A stretch of 61,513 nt of DNA, filler included. It is 5 parts of 5 records of this genome, joined end to end, with 100 filler letters (N's around TTAATTAATTAA, not from the genome) between each part and the next. Parts side by side here need not be neighbours in the genome. Positions count along the whole stretch, not along the records: positions 8,091 to 29,166 come from DRR378314_852; 4 more parts are not named here. One strand, written 5' to 3'. Under the pieces are notes generated by a model. It was not told where the DNA came from and did no database searches. It saw only the letters and a list, made by a program, of their open reading frames with translations. Positions 10,315 through 20,715 of this stretch are shown piece by piece (within the stretch, counting starts at the first letter, position 1; each line of letters starts with the position of its first letter). The position numbers were made by a program, and so were the translations under genes.

Positions 10315-10590
10315 ATGACACCCCCGGAATCCCTTGATATCGCCGAACAGAAGCGACGTTTCCACTGGCAATGCCGGCGCGGCGCCTCCGAGGTGGAAGT
10401 GGTGCTCAACGCCTATCTGGAGCGTTTTTTCGAGGTCGACGACGATGAGCGCCGCGCCCGCTTCGCCCGCCTGCTGGAATGCGAGGACGTGGACCTGCTG
10501 GAATGGTTCACCCGGCGCTCCCAGCCCGAGGACCCGGAATTGCGCGCCTTCGTCGCCGAGTTGCTCGACCGTGTGGCCCAGAAGGGTTGA
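10315..10590 (+). CDS. sdhE: Succinate dehydrogenase/FAD assembly factor SdhE (YgfY)
   Basis: RFHWQCRRGASEVE...FARLLECEDVDLLEWF, lying between ygfZ and nadB. Confidence 0.9.
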   Translation: MTPPESLDIAEQKRRFHWQCRRGASEVEVVLNAYLERFFEVDDDERRARFARLLECEDVDLLEWFTRRSQPEDPELRAFVAELLDRVAQKG

Positions 10591-10954
10591 GCTGGCCGGC
10601 TCCCGCTACCCGCGGCGGTTGCGGTGCGCCGCGCTCGGCCTGGGCGCGGCGGCGATCCTGCTCAGTGGCCTGCCGCTGAGCCTGGCGGCGCTCACCGGGC
10701 TGGCCGCGCTGGTGGCGGCGCGCCGCTGGCGCCCGGCCACGCCGCGCAGCGTGGACGTCACCCCCGGCGCCGTGCGGCTGAGCCTGCGCGACGGCCGCCG
10801 GGTGACCCTGACGCCGCCGTTCCGGGTGATGTTGCGCGAGCACTGGCTGGCCCTGCACTGCCCGCGCCGGGGCTGGGTGTGGGTGTTCCCGGACCAGGCC
10901 GGCCCGGCGGCGCTGACGCCGCTGCGCCAGGTGCTCTACCTGCAGCGCCGCTGA
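10571..10954 (+). CDS. YgfX-like small inner membrane protein
   Basis: GTG start overlaps the end of sdhE. It has two hydrophobic segments and a C-terminal FPDQ...LRQVL. Its position directly after sdhE matches ygfX. Confidence 0.65.
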   Translation: MWPRRVELAGSRYPRRLRCAALGLGAAAILLSGLPLSLAALTGLAALVAARRWRPATPRSVDVTPGAVRLSLRDGRRVTLTPPFRVMLREHWLALHCPRRGWVWVFPDQAGPAALTPLRQVLYLQRR

Positions 10955-12571
10955 TCAGGGCCGTCCCGGCACCAGCACCGAATCCTTGCCGACCGGGTCC
11001 GCGTCCGGGAATTCACGCATGAAGTGCAGGCCCCGGCTTTCCTTGCGCTGCAGCGCCGAGCGAATAATCAGATCGGCGATCACCACCAGATTACGCAGCT
11101 CCAGCAGGTCGTTGCTGATGTGGTAATTGCTGTAATACTCGGTGATTTCCTTCTTCAGCATCTCCACCCGGTGCTGGGCCCGCTCCAGGCGCTTGGTGGT
11201 GCGCACGATGCCCACGTAGTCCCACATGAAGCGGCGCAACTCGTCCCAGTTGTGGCTGATCACCACGTCTTCGTCGGAGTCGGTCACCTTGGAATCGTCC
11301 CAGGGCGCCGCCTCGCGGGGCTCGGGCAGGTCGTGCAGATGCTCGCCGATATGCTCCGCCACGGCACGGCCGTAGACGAAGCACTCCAGCAGGGAATTGC
11401 TGGCCATGCGGTTGGCGCCGTGCAGGCCGGTGAAGCCGGTTTCGCCGAGCGCGTACAGCCCGGGCACGTCGGTGCGCCCGTCGCGGTCGATGATCACGCC
11501 GCCGCAGGTGTAATGCGCCGCCGGCACCACCGGAATCGGATCGCGGGTGATGTCCAGCCCCAGCTGAAGGCACTTGGCGTACACGGTGGGGAAGTGCTCG
11601 ATGATGAAATCCGCCGGCTTGTGGCTGATGTCCAGATACAGGCAGTCCGCGCCCAGACGCTTCATTTCATGATCGATGGCGCGCGCCACCACGTCCCGGG
11701 GCGCCAGCTCGGCGCGCTCGTCGAAGCGCGGCATGAAGCGCTCGCCGTTGGGCAGCAGCAGGCGGCCGCCTTCGCCGCGGATCGCCTCGGTGATCAGAAA
11801 GCTCTTCGCCTTGGGGTGGTACAGGCAGGTGGGGTGGAACTGCATGAATTCCATGTTCGCCACCCGGCAGCCGGCGCGCCACGCCATGGCGATGCCGTCG
11901 CCGGTGGCCACGTCCGGGTTGGAGGTATACAGGTACACCTTGGAGGCGCCGCCGGTGGCCAGCACCACCGAGCGCGCCAGAATCACGTCGGTTTCGCCGG
12001 TTTTGATGTTGTGCACATAGGCCCCGCAGCAACGACGCTCTTTACCTTGTTGCCCGTCGGGGCTGTTGTGCTCCTGCAGAATCAGGTCCACGGCGACCCG
12101 GTGCTCAAAAAGCTGTACATTGTCGCGCTCCTTGACGCGGTCGATCAGCGTGCTGGAGATCGCCACCCCGGTGGCGTCGGCGGCGTGGATGATGCGCCGG
12201 TGGCTGTGGCCGCCCTCGCGGGTCAGGTGGTAGGGCAGGGGATTGGCCTCCGAGCCCTCCAGGCGGGTAAAGTCCACCCCTTGGTCGATCAGCCAGCGAA
12301 TCGCGCGCGGCCCGTTTTCCACCGTGTAGCGCACCGCGTCGTCATGGCACAGGCCGCCGCCGGCCAGGTGGGTGTCGCGCACGTGGCTTTCCAGAGAGTC
12401 GTCGCTGTCGAGCACCGCGGCCACGCCGCCCTGGGCGTAGTAAGTGCTTGCATGGGTGAGTTCACCCTTGGACAGCAGCGCCGCCTGCACGCCGTCGGGC
12501 AGGCCCAGGGCCACGGTAAGGCCGGCGGCGCCGGAGCCGATGATCAGAACGTCGTAGCGGAAGGTGGCCAT
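10955..12571 (-). CDS. nadB: L-aspartate oxidase
   Basis: Motifs [41 protein letters not shown] and [16 protein letters not shown]. Divergent from rpoE. Confidence 0.97.
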   Translation of the reverse strand: MATFRYDVLIIGSGAAGLTVALGLPDGVQAALLSKGELTHASTYYAQGGVAAVLDSDDSLESHVRDTHLAGGGLCHDDAVRYTVENGPRAIRWLIDQGVDFTRLEGSEANPLPYHLTREGGHSHRRIIHAADATGVAISSTLIDRVKERDNVQLFEHRVAVDLILQEHNSPDGQQGKERRCCGAYVHNIKTGETDVILARSVVLATGGASKVYLYTSNPDVATGDGIAMAWRAGCRVANMEFMQFHPTCLYHPKAKSFLITEAIRGEGGRLLLPNGERFMPRFDERAELAPRDVVARAIDHEMKRLGADCLYLDISHKPADFIIEHFPTVYAKCLQLGLDITRDPIPVVPAAHYTCGGVIIDRDGRTDVPGLYALGETGFTGLHGANRMASNSLLECFVYGRAVAEHIGEHLHDLPEPREAAPWDDSKVTDSDEDVVISHNWDELRRFMWDYVGIVRTTKRLERAQHRVEMLKKEITEYYSNYHISNDLLELRNLVVIADLIIRSALQRKESRGLHFMREFPDADPVGKDSVLVPGRP

Positions 12572-12719
12572 GAAGCCTCTTTAGCTGGGGAAATGTTGAA
12601 CCAATGTGAAAACCGGTGCTTCCGGAGGCGCTAGTATAGCCGCCCGTGGAACACCTGATACAATACCGCGTTTTACCCTCCGCCAGGCTGGGAACAGTGA
12701 TACCTTGACGGGAGCCCCG

Positions 12720-13304
12720 GTGTCAGACGAACAGTTGGTCAAGAAAGCCAAGAGCGGCGATCAGCGCGCCTTCGAGGTGCTGGTGCTCAAGTACCAGCAG
12801 CGTATCTTCGCGCTGATCAGCCGCTATGTGCGTGACCACGACGAGGTCCAGGACGTCGCCCAGGAAGCCTTTATCAAAGCCTGGCGCGCGCTGCCCCGTT
12901 TCCGTGGCGACAGTGCCTTTTACACCTGGCTCTATCGGATCGCCGTGAACACCGCCAAGAACCATCTGGTGTCGTTGAGCCGCCGTCCGCCGGGCTCCGA
13001 CCTGGATGCCGCCGAGGCGGAACAGTACAGTGGCGCGGAGGTGCTCCATGAAATTGGAACCCCGGAGTCGCATCTGTTGTCCGATGAGTTGGAGGCAGTT
13101 ATCCACAAGTCCATCGAGGAGCTGCCCCAGGAGCTGAGGACCGCCGTCACCTTGCGTGAATTCGAAGGTCTCAGCTATGAGGATATCGCGGCGGTCATGG
13201 AGTGCCCGGTGGGAACCGTTCGTTCCCGCATTTTCCGGGCCCGTGAAGCCATCGATGAAGCGGTGCGTCCCCTGCTCGGGTCGCAGCGCGGCGACAGAGG
13301 GTGA
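12720..13304 (+). CDS. rpoE: ECF sigma factor RpoE/AlgU
   Basis: DVAQEAFIKAWRAL..FRGDSAFYTWLYRIAVNTAKNHL and CPVGTVRSRIFRAREAID. GTG start follows GGAG; TTG at 12705 is an alternative. Confidence 0.96.
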   Translation: MSDEQLVKKAKSGDQRAFEVLVLKYQQRIFALISRYVRDHDEVQDVAQEAFIKAWRALPRFRGDSAFYTWLYRIAVNTAKNHLVSLSRRPPGSDLDAAEAEQYSGAEVLHEIGTPESHLLSDELEAVIHKSIEELPQELRTAVTLREFEGLSYEDIAAVMECPVGTVRSRIFRAREAIDEAVRPLLGSQRGDRG

Positions 13305-13308
13305 GGAC

Positions 13309-13938
13309 ATGAACAGGGACTACGAAGCGCTTTCCGCCTTCCTGGACGGCGAAACCAACGAACTGGAAACCCGGCGCGTACTGCGCGACCTGGACCAGGC
13401 CGATATCGCGACCCTGGGTCGCTGGCAACTGGCCAGCGATACCCTGCGCGGGCACGCCAGCCGGGAAGTGCCGCCGGCGTTCAACGCACGGCTCTCCGCC
13501 GCCCTGGCGGCGGAATCGAAGCCCGCCAAGCGGGCCGGCATGATGGGCGGCTTTGCCCGGGTGGCGGTGGCCGCCTCCGTGGCCGCCGCCACCGTGATCG
13601 GCTGGCAGTACTGGAGCGTGCCCGCCGGCAACGGCGCGGCGGCGCCCACCATGGCCGCCAATGACGGCGCCGCGCCGTCCGCGCCCACCGGCAGCGCCAC
13701 CATCGGCGCCACCCCGGTGGCCGCCGAGCAGCGCCTGACGCGGCCGTTCGGCGAGACCTCCCTGGTGGCGCAGGGCGCCCGCCAGGGCGAGCGCGCCACC
13801 GGCACCGTCAACACCGCCCAGCCGCGGGTGAACGCCATGCTGCTGCGCCACAGTGAATTCACCGCTCGCCACAGCAGCCAGGGCATGATGCCCTACGCCC
13901 GCCTGGTGAGCATGGACGCCCGCAACGGAGCACGCTAA
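13309..13938 (+). CDS. rseA: Anti-sigma-E factor RseA/MucA
   Basis: EALSAFLDGE N-terminus, TM segment VAVAASVAAATVIGW, C-terminal LLRHSE. Directly follows rpoE. Confidence 0.9.
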   Translation: MNRDYEALSAFLDGETNELETRRVLRDLDQADIATLGRWQLASDTLRGHASREVPPAFNARLSAALAAESKPAKRAGMMGGFARVAVAASVAAATVIGWQYWSVPAGNGAAAPTMAANDGAAPSAPTGSATIGATPVAAEQRLTRPFGETSLVAQGARQGERATGTVNTAQPRVNAMLLRHSEFTARHSSQGMMPYARLVSMDARNGAR

Positions 13939-13942
13939 CGAA

Positions 13943-14917
13943 ATGATGCGGACCCTCGCCCTCGGCCTCGCCCTGGCCGCCCCCCTCGCCGCACCCGTCG
14001 CGATTGCCGACCCCACGCCCGCCCAGGCGCTGCTGGAGGAGATGACCGAAGCCTCCCAGCAGCTGCAGTACCGGGGCCGCTTTCTCTATCAGCTGGGCGG
14101 CGAGGTGAGCACCATGGAGCTGAGCCACGCGGTGATCGACGGCAAGCAGTACCAGCGCCTCACCCACCTCGACGGCCGCCTGGTGGAAGTGCTGCAACTG
14201 GGCGATGAAGTGGTGTGCCTGCACCCCAACGGCACCCTGACCCGCATCAATGACAACGACACCGGCCTGCTGGCGTTCCGCGACCGCCTGTCCTCATCGA
14301 TTCCCGAACAATACAACGTGCTGGTGGACGGCGACGGCCGCGTGGCCGGCCGCGTCACCACCCGCATGCGCGTGGCGCCGCTGGACAACCACCGCTACGG
14401 CTACCGGCTGTGGGTGGACCGCGACAGCAGCCTGCTGCTGAAATCCGAAATGGTGGACGCCAGCGGCCTGGCCGTGGAGCGCGTCGAGTTCGTGTCCCTG
14501 GATCTGGAGCCGGGCCTGGAGCGTTCCGATTTCCAGCTGCCCAAGGTGATCGCCGAGCGCTCCCTGGAGAGCGTGGCCGCGGCCAGCCCCGAGCGCGTGC
14601 ACGTGGAAGCCGGCTGGCTGCCGTCCGGCTTTGAAGCCGCCGACCGCGACTGGCGGCGGGTGGCGGACCTGCGCCAGCCGGTCACCGCGCAAAGCTACAC
14701 CGACGGCCTGGCCACCTTTACCCTGTTCGTGGAGAGCGTGGCCAGCGATCAGGTGGAAGAGGGCGTCAGCCGCGTCGGACCCACCGTGGCGATCAGCCGG
14801 GTGCAGAACCTGGACGAGCGCGTCTACCTGATGACCCTGGTGGGCGAAATTCCGCAGCCCACCGCCGAACGCATCATGGAAGCGGTGGCGATTCGCGCCA
14901 CGGACAAACGGCCATGA
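13943..14917 (+). CDS. rseB: Sigma-E regulatory periplasmic protein RseB/MucB
   Basis: Signal peptide; GRVAGR, DNHRYGYRLWVDRDSSLLLKSE, YTDGLATFTLFVE, LVGEIP. Confidence 0.92.
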   Translation: MMRTLALGLALAAPLAAPVAIADPTPAQALLEEMTEASQQLQYRGRFLYQLGGEVSTMELSHAVIDGKQYQRLTHLDGRLVEVLQLGDEVVCLHPNGTLTRINDNDTGLLAFRDRLSSSIPEQYNVLVDGDGRVAGRVTTRMRVAPLDNHRYGYRLWVDRDSSLLLKSEMVDASGLAVERVEFVSLDLEPGLERSDFQLPKVIAERSLESVAAASPERVHVEAGWLPSGFEAADRDWRRVADLRQPVTAQSYTDGLATFTLFVESVASDQVEEGVSRVGPTVAISRVQNLDERVYLMTLVGEIPQPTAERIMEAVAIRATDKRP

Positions 14918-15402
14918 TAGAAGAGCAGGGGCGCGTGGTGGCCCGTGAGCCCGGAGCGATCTGGGTGGAAACGGTGCGCGCCGGCACCTGCTCGTCGTGC
15001 CAGGCCCGCCAGGGCTGCGGGCACAGCGTGATCAACCGCCAGGCCGCCGGCCAGCGCGCCCGCCTGCGGGTGGTCACCGATCTCAGTTTTCGCGACGGCG
15101 ACCCGGTGGTGATCGGGGTGCCGGAAAAAGCAGTGCTCTACGGCGCCCTCTGGGTGTACGCCCTGCCGCTGGCGCTGCTGTTCGGCGGCGCCCTGCTGGG
15201 CGACGCGCTGTCGCTGACGCTGGCCGGGCGCGCCGTGGACGGCGCCGCGCTGTTCGGCGTCGGCGGCCTGCTGCTGGGCTTCCTGATCACCCGCCTGCAC
15301 GGTCGCCGTGTCGCCGGCGCCGGGCGCTATCAGCCGCGCGTGCTGAGCCGCCCGGGCGGCGCCGACGCTGAAACCACGATCCGGGTGCGGCCCGCGCGCT
15401 GA
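14914..15402 (+). CDS. rseC: RseC/MucC family protein
   Basis: MIEEQGRVVA, CSSCQARQGCG and two TM segments; fourth gene of the operon. Confidence 0.9.
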   Translation: MIEEQGRVVAREPGAIWVETVRAGTCSSCQARQGCGHSVINRQAAGQRARLRVVTDLSFRDGDPVVIGVPEKAVLYGALWVYALPLALLFGGALLGDALSLTLAGRAVDGAALFGVGGLLLGFLITRLHGRRVAGAGRYQPRVLSRPGGADAETTIRVRPAR

Positions 15403-15442
15403 CCCGGCCTGAACCTAGAACAGGGTAGAAGGGAGCCTTTCC

Positions 15443-16930
15443 ATGGGGATAACGCATCGTATTGTGTTGATGCTGGCCTTGGCCGGCGTGCTCGCCGCCT
15501 GCGGCCAGGACACCGACAACACCACCAAGCAGGACACCAGTGACAGCCGCGACACGGCGCCGGCCCGCGCCGACGCCGGTGACGGCGAGCCGCTGGTCAC
15601 CGGCCTGCCGGACTTCACCGCCCTGGTGAAGAAAGAAGCGCCGGCGGTGGTCAACATCAGCACCGTCACCCGCCGCGAGCGCAGCCAGCAGTCGCAGCTG
15701 GACCAGCTTCCCGAAATGTTCCGCCGCTTTTTCGACGAGTTCGGCGGCGGCCCGGGCGGCCCCGGTGGCGGCCCGGCCCCGCGCTCCGAAACGGAGTCGC
15801 TGGGCTCCGGCTTCATTATCTCCAGCGACGGCTATGTGCTGACCAACTACCACGTGGTCGGCGAAGCGGACGAGATCGTGGTGCGTCTGCAGGACCGCCG
15901 TGAACTGGACGCCGAGCTGATCGGCTCCGATCCGCAGAGCGACCTGGCGCTGATCAAGGTGGACGCCAGCGACCTGCCGGTGGTGGACATCGGCTCCTCC
16001 GACGACCTGCAGGTGGGCGAATGGGTGCTGGCCATCGGCGCGCCGTTCGGCTTCGACAGCTCGGTGACCGCCGGCATCGTCAGCGCCAAGGGCCGCAGCC
16101 TGCCCACCGACAACTACGTGCCCTTCATTCAAACCGACGTGGCCATCAACCCGGGCAACAGCGGCGGCCCGCTGTTCAACCTCAACGGCCAGGTGGTCGG
16201 TATCAACTCGCAGATCGTCAGCCGCTCCGGCGGCTACATGGGCCTGAGCTTCGCCATTCCCATCGACCTGGCCATGGACGTGGCCGACCAGCTCAAGGAA
16301 ACCGGCGAAGTCAGCCGCGGCTGGCTGGGCGTGCTGATCCAGGAAGTGGACCGCGATCTGGCCGAATCCTTCGGCCTCGACAAGCCCATGGGCGCCCTGG
16401 TGGCCCAGGTGCAGAGCGGCTCGCCGGCGGCGGAAGCCGGCCTGCAGCCCGGCGACGTGATCATCGCCTTCAACGGCCGTGAAATTCAGCGCTCCGCGCA
16501 GCTGCCCAAGTGGGTGGGCGCCCTCAAGGCCGGCACCGAGGCGGAAATGACCGTGGTGCGCGACGGCGACGAAAAGACCCTGGAAGTGACCGTCGGCGAG
16601 CTGCCGGACAACCCCCAGGCGGGCATGGCCGGCCAGCCGGACCAGGACCAGGGCGAGTCCGACAAGCTGGGCCTGGAAGTGCGCGCCGCCAGCGCCGCCG
16701 AGCTGGCCCGGGTCAAGGCCGACCACGGCGTGGTGATCACCGGCGTCCAGGACGGCCCCGCCGCCCGCGCCGGGCTGAGCAGCGGCGACCTGCTGGTGAG
16801 CCTCAACGGCAAGCCGGTGGACAGCCTGGACGCCTACCGGGAGATCGCCGCCGACCTGCCCGACGAGGGCACCGTGCCGGCCCTGGTCAACCGCGACGGC
16901 AATGCCCGTTTCGTCGCCATCAAGCTCTGA
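15443..16930 (+). CDS. DegP/DegQ (MucD-like) HtrA serine protease with two PDZ domains
   Basis: GSGFIIS, LTNYHVV, SDLALIK, IQTDVAINPGNSGGPL. N-terminal lipobox LAAC. Confidence 0.94.
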   Translation: MGITHRIVLMLALAGVLAACGQDTDNTTKQDTSDSRDTAPARADAGDGEPLVTGLPDFTALVKKEAPAVVNISTVTRRERSQQSQLDQLPEMFRRFFDEFGGGPGGPGGGPAPRSETESLGSGFIISSDGYVLTNYHVVGEADEIVVRLQDRRELDAELIGSDPQSDLALIKVDASDLPVVDIGSSDDLQVGEWVLAIGAPFGFDSSVTAGIVSAKGRSLPTDNYVPFIQTDVAINPGNSGGPLFNLNGQVVGINSQIVSRSGGYMGLSFAIPIDLAMDVADQLKETGEVSRGWLGVLIQEVDRDLAESFGLDKPMGALVAQVQSGSPAAEAGLQPGDVIIAFNGREIQRSAQLPKWVGALKAGTEAEMTVVRDGDEKTLEVTVGELPDNPQAGMAGQPDQDQGESDKLGLEVRAASAAELARVKADHGVVITGVQDGPAARAGLSSGDLLVSLNGKPVDSLDAYREIAADLPDEGTVPALVNRDGNARFVAIKL

Positions 16931-16946
16931 CCCGGCATCATCGGGG

Positions 16947-16972
16947 CTGTGGGAGCGGGCCCGCTCCCACAG
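16947..16972. repeat. Perfect 26-bp palindrome (collapsed REP pair, possible terminator after degP)
   Basis: CTGTGGGAGCGGG-CCCGCTCCCACAG, followed by CCGCTCGCACAG, a REP half in reverse orientation. Confidence 0.75.
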
Positions 16973-17063
16973 GCCGCTCGCACAGGATTATCCACTGGCG
17001 CCCTAATCCGCTAGAATCGCGCTCCATTGTGTCTTCTTTCATTTCCGGCTCTGGCGGGTATAC

Positions 17064-18863
17064 GTGACCGACATTACGCACATTCGCAATTTCTCCATCA
17101 TCGCGCACATTGATCACGGCAAATCCACCCTGGCGGACCGCTTCATTCAGGTTTGCGGCGGGCTGTCCGACCGCGAGCTCAAGGAGCAGGTGCTGGATTC
17201 CATGGATCTGGAGCGCGAACGCGGCATCACCATCAAGGCGCAGAGCGTGACGCTCTACTACACCGCCCGTAACGGTGAGACCTACCAGCTCAACTTCATC
17301 GACACGCCCGGCCACGTGGACTTCTCCTACGAGGTGTCCCGCTCGCTGGCCGCCTGCGAGGGCGCGCTGCTGGTGGTGGACGCCGCCCAGGGCGTGGAAG
17401 CGCAGTCGGTGGGCAACTGCTACACCGCCATCGAGCAGGACCTGGAGGTGCTGCCGGTGCTCAACAAGGTGGATCTGCCGCAGGCGGAACCGGACCGGGT
17501 CGCCGAGGAGATCGAGGAGATCATCGGCCTGGACGCCACCGACGCCTGCCATGTGTCGGCCAAGACCGGCCTGGGCGTGGACGACCTGCTCGAGCAGCTG
17601 GTGGAGCGCATTCCGGCGCCGGCGGGCGAGCGCGACGCGCGGCTGCAGGCGCTGATCATCGATTCCTGGTTCGACAACTACATGGGCGTGATCTCGCTGG
17701 TGCGGATCCGTTACGGCCGCCTCAAGAAGGGCGACAAGATCCACGTTAAATCCACCGGCCAGAACCACGTCGTCGACAGCCTGGGCGTGTTCACCCCCAA
17801 GCGCAAAGAGACCGACATCCTGGAAGCCGGCGAGGTGGGCTGGGTGAGCGCCACCATCAAGGACATCCACGGCGCGCCGGTGGGCGACACCCTGACCCAC
17901 GCCAAGACGCCGGACGTGGAAATGCTGCCCGGCTTCAAGAAGGTCAAGCCGCAGGTCTACGCCGGTATGTTCCCGGTCAACGCCGACGACTACGAGGACT
18001 TCCGCGACGCGCTCTCCAAGCTGGCGCTCAACGACGCCTCGCTGTTCTACGAGCCGGAAAGCTCCGACGCCCTGGGCTTCGGCTTCCGGGTCGGTTTCCT
18101 GGGCATGCTGCACATGGAGATCATCCACGAGCGCCTGGAACGGGAATACGACCTGGATCTGATCACCACCGCGCCCACCGTGGTCTACGAGCTGATCCTC
18201 AACGACGGCTCCACCCTGTACGTGGACAACCCGTCGTCGCTGCCGGACAGCAACCTGATCGAGGAATTCCGCGAACCGATCGCGCGGGTCAATATCCTGG
18301 TGCCGCAGGAGTACGTGGGCAATGTGATCACGCTGTGCACCGAGCGCCGTGGCGACCAGATCAACATGCAGTTCCTGGGCAAGCAGATCGCGCTCACCTA
18401 CGACATTCCCATGGCGGAAGTGGTGCTGGATTTCTTTGACCGCCTGAAGTCCGCCAGCCGCGGTTACGCGTCGCTGGAATACTCTTTCGAGCGCTTCCAG
18501 GACACCAAGCTGGTGAAGGTGGACGTGCTGATCAACGGCGACAAGGTGGACGCCCTGGCGATGATCTGCCACCTGGACCAGTCCGCCCATCGCGGCCGTG
18601 CCCTGATCGAGAAGATGAAGGAGCTGGTGCCGCGCCAGATGTTCGACGTGGCGATCCAGGCCGCCATCGGCAGCAAGATCATCGCCCGCCAGACCGTCAA
18701 GGCGCTGCGCAAGAACGTCACCGCCAAGTGTTACGGCGGCGACGTGTCGCGCAAGAAAAAGCTGCTGCAGAAACAGAAAGAAGGCAAGAAGCGCATGAAG
18801 CAGGTGGGTAACGTGGAAATCCCCCAGGCCGCGTTCCTGGCCGTACTCAAGGTGAACGACTAA
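17064..18863 (+). CDS. lepA: Elongation factor 4 (LepA)
   Basis: [51 protein letters not shown]. Confidence 0.98.
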   Translation: MTDITHIRNFSIIAHIDHGKSTLADRFIQVCGGLSDRELKEQVLDSMDLERERGITIKAQSVTLYYTARNGETYQLNFIDTPGHVDFSYEVSRSLAACEGALLVVDAAQGVEAQSVGNCYTAIEQDLEVLPVLNKVDLPQAEPDRVAEEIEEIIGLDATDACHVSAKTGLGVDDLLEQLVERIPAPAGERDARLQALIIDSWFDNYMGVISLVRIRYGRLKKGDKIHVKSTGQNHVVDSLGVFTPKRKETDILEAGEVGWVSATIKDIHGAPVGDTLTHAKTPDVEMLPGFKKVKPQVYAGMFPVNADDYEDFRDALSKLALNDASLFYEPESSDALGFGFRVGFLGMLHMEIIHERLEREYDLDLITTAPTVVYELILNDGSTLYVDNPSSLPDSNLIEEFREPIARVNILVPQEYVGNVITLCTERRGDQINMQFLGKQIALTYDIPMAEVVLDFFDRLKSASRGYASLEYSFERFQDTKLVKVDVLINGDKVDALAMICHLDQSAHRGRALIEKMKELVPRQMFDVAIQAAIGSKIIARQTVKALRKNVTAKCYGGDVSRKKKLLQKQKEGKKRMKQVGNVEIPQAAFLAVLKVND

Positions 18864-19655
18864 ATGGATATCGATGTGGGAATGTGGCTGACCCTGGCGC
18901 TGTTCGTCACGGTAATCATCTGGCTGGCGGACAAAGCGCTCAAACTGCGCCAGCGCAAAGGCATGATCGGCAACACGGTGGAGACCTCCAATTCGCTGAT
19001 TTCGGTGCTGTTCATCGTGCTGGTGATCCGCTCTTTTATTGTCGAGCCGTTCACCATTCCCTCCGGTTCCATGTTGCCGACCCTCAAAGTTCATGATTTT
19101 ATTCTGGTCAACAAGTTCTCCTACGGACTGCGCCTGCCGGTGACCAACACCAAGATCATCCCGCTGGGCGAGCCGGAGCGCGGCGACGTGATGGTGTTCA
19201 AGTACCCGGAAGACACCGGGCAGAACTTCATCAAGCGGGTAGTGGGGCTGCCCGGCGACCGCATCGCGGTGCGTGACAACGTGCTCTACGTCAACGGCGA
19301 GGCGGTGCCCCGTGAGCTGGTCGGCCGCGAGCGCAACTCGCAGGTGTGGCGCCGTGAATACGTCGAGACCCTGGGCGAACAGCCGCATTTGATCTGGCAG
19401 GAAGGGCGGGTCAATCCGTACAGCGGCGACGCCATGATTCCGGAGCGCACCCAGGGCGAATGGCAGGTGCCCGAGGGCAGCTACTTCGTGATGGGCGACA
19501 ACCGCGACAACAGTAACGACAGCCGGTTCTGGGGCGTGGTGTCCGAGGACCTGGTGGTGGGGGAAGCCTTCCTGATCTGGATGCACTGGGACCCGATCTT
19601 CTCCTGGCCGAGCTTCTCCCGTAATGGGGCGATCGATAAAGTGGAGGCAGAATAA
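18864..19655 (+). CDS. lepB: Signal peptidase I
   Basis: EPFTIPSGSMLPTL, FIKRVVGLPGD, MGDNRDNSNDSRFWG. Confidence 0.97.
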   Translation: MDIDVGMWLTLALFVTVIIWLADKALKLRQRKGMIGNTVETSNSLISVLFIVLVIRSFIVEPFTIPSGSMLPTLKVHDFILVNKFSYGLRLPVTNTKIIPLGEPERGDVMVFKYPEDTGQNFIKRVVGLPGDRIAVRDNVLYVNGEAVPRELVGRERNSQVWRREYVETLGEQPHLIWQEGRVNPYSGDAMIPERTQGEWQVPEGSYFVMGDNRDNSNDSRFWGVVSEDLVVGEAFLIWMHWDPIFSWPSFSRNGAIDKVEAE

Positions 19656-20035
19656 TGATCACAGGTCCTTCCCGTCAGCGCGGGCTTTCCCTGATCGGCT
19701 GGGTGGTGGTGCTGATCATCCTGGCGGTGTTCGGCACTGCCGCGTTTCGCATGGTGCCCGCCTACATGGAATACAACACCATCCGCTCGGCGATCAATTC
19801 GGTGCTCTCCGACAGCAAGACCGCGCTGATGTCCGAGCGCGAAGTCTACGACGCCATCGGCAAGCGCTTTACCATCAACCAGGTGAACGCCATCGGCGTG
19901 CGTGATCTGGATATCCAGAAAGCCGGCGGGCAGTTGTCCGTGGGCGTCGATTACGAAGTCCGCGAGCCGATGTTCTACAACGTCTTCGTGGTGATGGAGT
20001 TCGACCACACCTTCAGCAAGAATATTGGTCAGTAA
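19655..20035 (+). CDS. DUF4845-like protein with pilin-like N-terminus
   Basis: RQRGLSLIG followed by a hydrophobic helix, then VPAYME and YEVREPMFYN. Conserved position between lepB and rnc. Confidence 0.8.
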   Translation: MITGPSRQRGLSLIGWVVVLIILAVFGTAAFRMVPAYMEYNTIRSAINSVLSDSKTALMSEREVYDAIGKRFTINQVNAIGVRDLDIQKAGGQLSVGVDYEVREPMFYNVFVVMEFDHTFSKNIGQ

Positions 20036-20715
20036 TGGATGATCTGGATCGTCTTACCCGCCGTCTCGGCTATCAGTTCAAGGATCCGGCGCTGCTGCAA
20101 CTGGCGCTCAGCCACCGCAGCGTCAGCCGTCGCCGCAACAACGAACGGCTCGAGTTTCTCGGCGACTCCCAGCTCAGCCTGATTATTTCCTCGGAGATTT
20201 TTCACCGCTTCCCGGAAGCCGCCGAAGGCCAGCTCACCCGCATGCGCGCCTTCCTGGTGCGTGGCCAGACGTTGGCGGAAGTGGCCCGGGAGCTGGGCGT
20301 GGGCGAGTACCTGATTCTCGGCGGCGGCGAACTGAAAAGCGGCGGCAACCGACGTGATTCGATCCTCGCCGACGCCCTGGAAGCGCTGATCGGCGCCATC
20401 GTCATCGACGGCGGCGAAGACGCCTGCCGCGACGTGGTGCTGAAATGGTTCGCCGACCGCCTGGAGCAGATCTCCCCGCAGAGCGTGCGCAAGGACGCCA
20501 AAACCCGCTTGCAGGAATGGCTGCAGGCGCGCAAGCATGAGTTACCCGCCTACGAAGTGCTGTCGGTGACCGGACAGGCGCCGAAACAGACCTTCGAAGT
20601 GGCTTGCAGCCTGCCGGATCTGTCCCGGCAATTCACCGCCAGCGGCGCCAGCCGCCGCCGCGCCGAGCAGCAGGCCGCGGAACAGGCCCTGGACTGGTTG
20701 GAGCAGTCAGCATGA
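20035..20715 (+). CDS. rnc: Ribonuclease III
   Basis: NNERLEFLGDS, ILADALEALIGA, dsRBD KDAKTRLQEWLQ. Confidence 0.97.
   Translation: MDDLDRLTRRLGYQFKDPALLQLALSHRSVSRRRNNERLEFLGDSQLSLIISSEIFHRFPEAAEGQLTRMRAFLVRGQTLAEVARELGVGEYLILGGGELKSGGNRRDSILADALEALIGAIVIDGGEDACRDVVLKWFADRLEQISPQSVRKDAKTRLQEWLQARKHELPAYEVLSVTGQAPKQTFEVACSLPDLSRQFTASGASRRRAEQQAAEQALDWLEQSA

Noticed and set aside
12648-12675. Sigma-E autoregulatory promoter (GGAACA-N16-GTTTTA)
   Set aside because: Plausible by position, but the -10 match to TC(T/A)AA is too weak to call.
16988-16996. DnaA-box-like TTATCCACT upstream of lepA
   Set aside because: A single one-mismatch 9-mer, expected by chance.
16938-19586. Long antisense ORFs (882 aa here; also 51290-54670, 11024-12634 and others)
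   Set aside because: Shadow frames of high-GC genes, lying opposite well-identified CDSs and lacking recognisable motifs.
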